This document shows, piece by piece, positions 61,710 to 64,000 of a stretch of 64,000 nt of DNA. The position numbers and the translations under genes are program-made. The number at the start of each line of letters is the position of its first letter. Position 1 is the stretch's first letter. This DNA is from Escherichia phage vB_EcoM_G17: the sequence record MK327931.1. One strand, given 5' to 3'. The notes beneath the pieces are model-generated. The model searched no databases and was not told the origin of the DNA. It saw nothing but the letters and a program-made list of their open reading frames with translations.

Positions 61710-62441
61710 TTAGCAGCCTGTTACGTAAAATTTGTATACTGCAATTCCAGTATCTAGTGTTACATTTAGCATACCAGTTTTAGTAATACCAAGTGATACT
61801 GATTCGGCATTAGATACGCGAGATAATGCTTGAAGTACGCGATCAATATTATAACCAAAACCAAGACCTAATTCACCTTCAGTTTTAGAAAAAGCTAGAG
61901 AACCAACGTGGTTACTTTTGTTTTTCTCACCAACGTGAAAGTATAGGGTGTCGCCTTCAGTATACGGAGTTACAAGAGAACTAAAAGATTTAAATACACC
62001 AGAAAAACTCTTTAGTTCCTGAACTTTTGCTGCACTAGGAATAACCTGTACGTCATATGGTTGTTCATGAAAACGTGGTTGAACTGGAATAAGTTTTTCA
62101 GCTTGTACCATAAATGTAGTGCTTGCATCTTCAGATTTAAATGCCAGACTTTTAACTGAACCATCTTTAACATTTGATGTGATTGTGGTTCCTTCGGTAC
62201 TGTATGTTTTTAGAGACATTAGACCCTGAAGAAGACCTAGATTACCTAAGCCAAAACGACCCTGAACTTCAGGAACATCTTCTTTAGTATATGCTCGCAT
62301 TACAAGAGTTCGGTCATCTGTGTACGCTTCTAGATATACACGTTGTCCTTCACCACGGTCTTCACTGCTTACTGCAATACAAGAGAAGTCAATACCACTG
62401 GTTGTGTTTACGAGGTCACGTAGTACGTTGCGTAGATCCAT
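61710..62441 (-). CDS. 45: sliding clamp (gp45-like)
   Basis: size and position next to the polymerase; NTTSGIDF and LGLLQGLMSL blocks resemble T4 gp45 (ATINSGIML, LNGFLGILSL). Confidence 0.5.
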   Translation of the reverse strand: MDLRNVLRDLVNTTSGIDFSCIAVSSEDRGEGQRVYLEAYTDDRTLVMRAYTKEDVPEVQGRFGLGNLGLLQGLMSLKTYSTEGTTITSNVKDGSVKSLAFKSEDASTTFMVQAEKLIPVQPRFHEQPYDVQVIPSAAKVQELKSFSGVFKSFSSLVTPYTEGDTLYFHVGEKNKSNHVGSLAFSKTEGELGLGFGYNIDRVLQALSRVSNAESVSLGITKTGMLNVTLDTGIAVYKFYVTGC

Positions 62442-62542
62442 TATATAATTCTCCGTTTTATTTGTTAATCAAAAAATGTTTTTATGTAAGATTACTACAA
62501 GCACCATTATATCTCAAAAATGATGCTTGTCTCAATTTTTTA

Positions 62543-62839
62543 TCAGTATTTTGTATTCCAACGTTGAAGATAAGGCTTATCAATTGTAGAACTCATGCCA
62601 ATTTTATCGCGTAATTTTTTCAAGTCTTTTAATGTATGTACATCATCGACAAAAACAACTTTACGCTTTTTCACAAGAGTGTAAACATCAGCAATCTCTC
62701 CGTCAACTTCCACTGAACCAGTGCGAGTAAAACCCGCACCAATTAGAACTACTTCTTCATCATTATCATATGCTAGTACAGAATTAATGATACCATTACC
62801 TTCTAATACTTCACCAATACGCTTATATATATTACTCAT
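62543..62839 (-). CDS. hypothetical protein
   Basis: 98-aa ORF between clamp and polymerase. Confidence 0.4.
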   Translation of the reverse strand: MSNIYKRIGEVLEGNGIINSVLAYDNDEEVVLIGAGFTRTGSVEVDGEIADVYTLVKKRKVVFVDDVHTLKDLKKLRDKIGMSSTIDKPYLQRWNTKY

Positions 62840-62992
62840 TATTTTTACCTTGTAATGAAGTCCATTCTACATATTTTTCCCATGCCTCATTTACACTTTC
62901 TTCAGTAAGATTCAACATCTCATTAGTGAAAGTATCGTTTACTTCATCATAGTTTAGTTCAATTTCATTTACAATAACCATATTATTACTCC

Positions 62993-64000
62993 TTACCAAG
63001 TGAAGAATCCATTGTTTACTGACGCAGTACTTTTTTCATGAATACCAATATCCATATCCAAAATACCAAAAATATTCTCTAATTTTTTAGTTAGAACAAT
63101 CTCTTCCATTTTTTCAGTATCAAATGGTAGTTCCAAGAACCATTCTGGTAGATACTCAACACAGTCAATTGGATATCCAACAGCTTTAATTCCCATAGGA
63201 TTATCTTTTAAGTTACAGACAATTACTTTTGTTCCATCTGTTACTTCTGGAACAGATTTATCATCATAAACTTCACGTAGACGGTTCCATTGGATACCAG
63301 CAAGAACGTGACCAACTTTACACTTACCAGTTAGCTGATATTCAGCCTCTAAATTAGTGTAGTTTTTTACAGTTTTTGGTGAACCTTTTTCATGTACAGG
63401 CATATCCTTAAATACGTCCTTAAACTCACGTACACGCTGTTTTAGCTGCTGTTCACTCTCACCTACCAGTAATGCGATTAGAGTCTCTTCTAGGAAGTTC
63501 TGGATGTATTTTGGCGTGTCTGAGCGTTTAATTTCAAGACCCATCGCTTTGATTTCACCTGGTTTACCATCAATATCTTTACGGAACCCATCTTCCCAGT
63601 ACTTCAGAATTGCATAACGTTTTTTCTTCAAGAATAGGCCACGTGAACCAACCATCTCAAGGTCTGCACCAACAATCTTACCTTTTTCAATACCAGTGTT
63701 GAACATCTCATGCATAAATGATGGGAAAGATTCACCAACTTCTTCACCAATTTTAATATACATATCAACAATCTCTTCTTTAGATAGATTATATGGAATA
63801 CCTTGTTCTTTCAGATAATGCGTTACACTAAAGTAAACTGAGTCAGTATCACCATAAATTACTGAACCACCTTGGTGATTATATACACCAGTAGTAATCT
63901 CATTGATACGACTTGCCATATGTTTGGTCATAGAACGTCCAGTTAATGTTACGGATTGACCTAAACGTTTGTCAAAGAAACGAGAACCTTTGTTCAATAG
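62993..64000 (-). CDS. 43: DNA polymerase (family B, gp43-like), C-terminal part; gene continues beyond the window end
   Basis: Pol B motif C YGDTDS near the start of the fragment; frame open to position 64000. Confidence 0.85.
   Translation of the reverse strand, partial: LLNKGSRFFDKRLGQSVTLTGRSMTKHMASRINEITTGVYNHQGGSVIYGDTDSVYFSVTHYLKEQGIPYNLSKEEIVDMYIKIGEEVGESFPSFMHEMFNTGIEKGKIVGADLEMVGSRGLFLKKKRYAILKYWEDGFRKDIDGKPGEIKAMGLEIKRSDTPKYIQNFLEETLIALLVGESEQQLKQRVREFKDVFKDMPVHEKGSPKTVKNYTNLEAEYQLTGKCKVGHVLAGIQWNRLREVYDDKSVPEVTDGTKVIVCNLKDNPMGIKAVGYPIDCVEYLPEWFLELPFDTEKMEEIVLTKKLENIFGILDMDIGIHEKSTASVNNGFFTW

Noticed and set aside
62543-62839. Candidate RegA translational repressor between clamp and polymerase
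   Set aside because: No convincing similarity to T4 RegA

Overview
AT-rich (about 35% GC) segment of a T4-like (Straboviridae-type) myovirus genome, with almost every gene on the minus strand. All calls are from reading the translated ORFs and intergenic sequence by eye; no database search was run. Recognisable core genes: topoisomerase II subunits gp39 and gp52 (adjacent), clamp loader gp44, Dda helicase, DHFR, class Ia ribonucleotide reductase nrdA/nrdB, gp41 helicase, gp61 primase, UvsW/UvsY/UvsX, gp32-like SSB, large terminase, T4-type RNase H, a gp45-like clamp and the C-terminal end of the family B DNA polymerase (runs off the window end). Gene order is not T4-like: the terminase and genes behind TATAAATA late-promoter boxes sit among replication genes. 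Intergenic regions carry repeated extended -10 early promoters (TGnTATAAT) and many hairpin terminators. Accessory content worth attention: two small ORFs that each resemble a different part of bacterial DNA polymerase III alpha (DnaE); a host-like cluster of IF3, a ClpS-like adaptor and a KTSC protein; two GroES-like genes; a host-type RNase HI; two short plus-strand islands each holding a pair of paralogous genes; three genes apparently interrupted by frameshifts; and a perfect 153-bp in-frame tandem duplication. No tRNA, rRNA or CRISPR array was seen.
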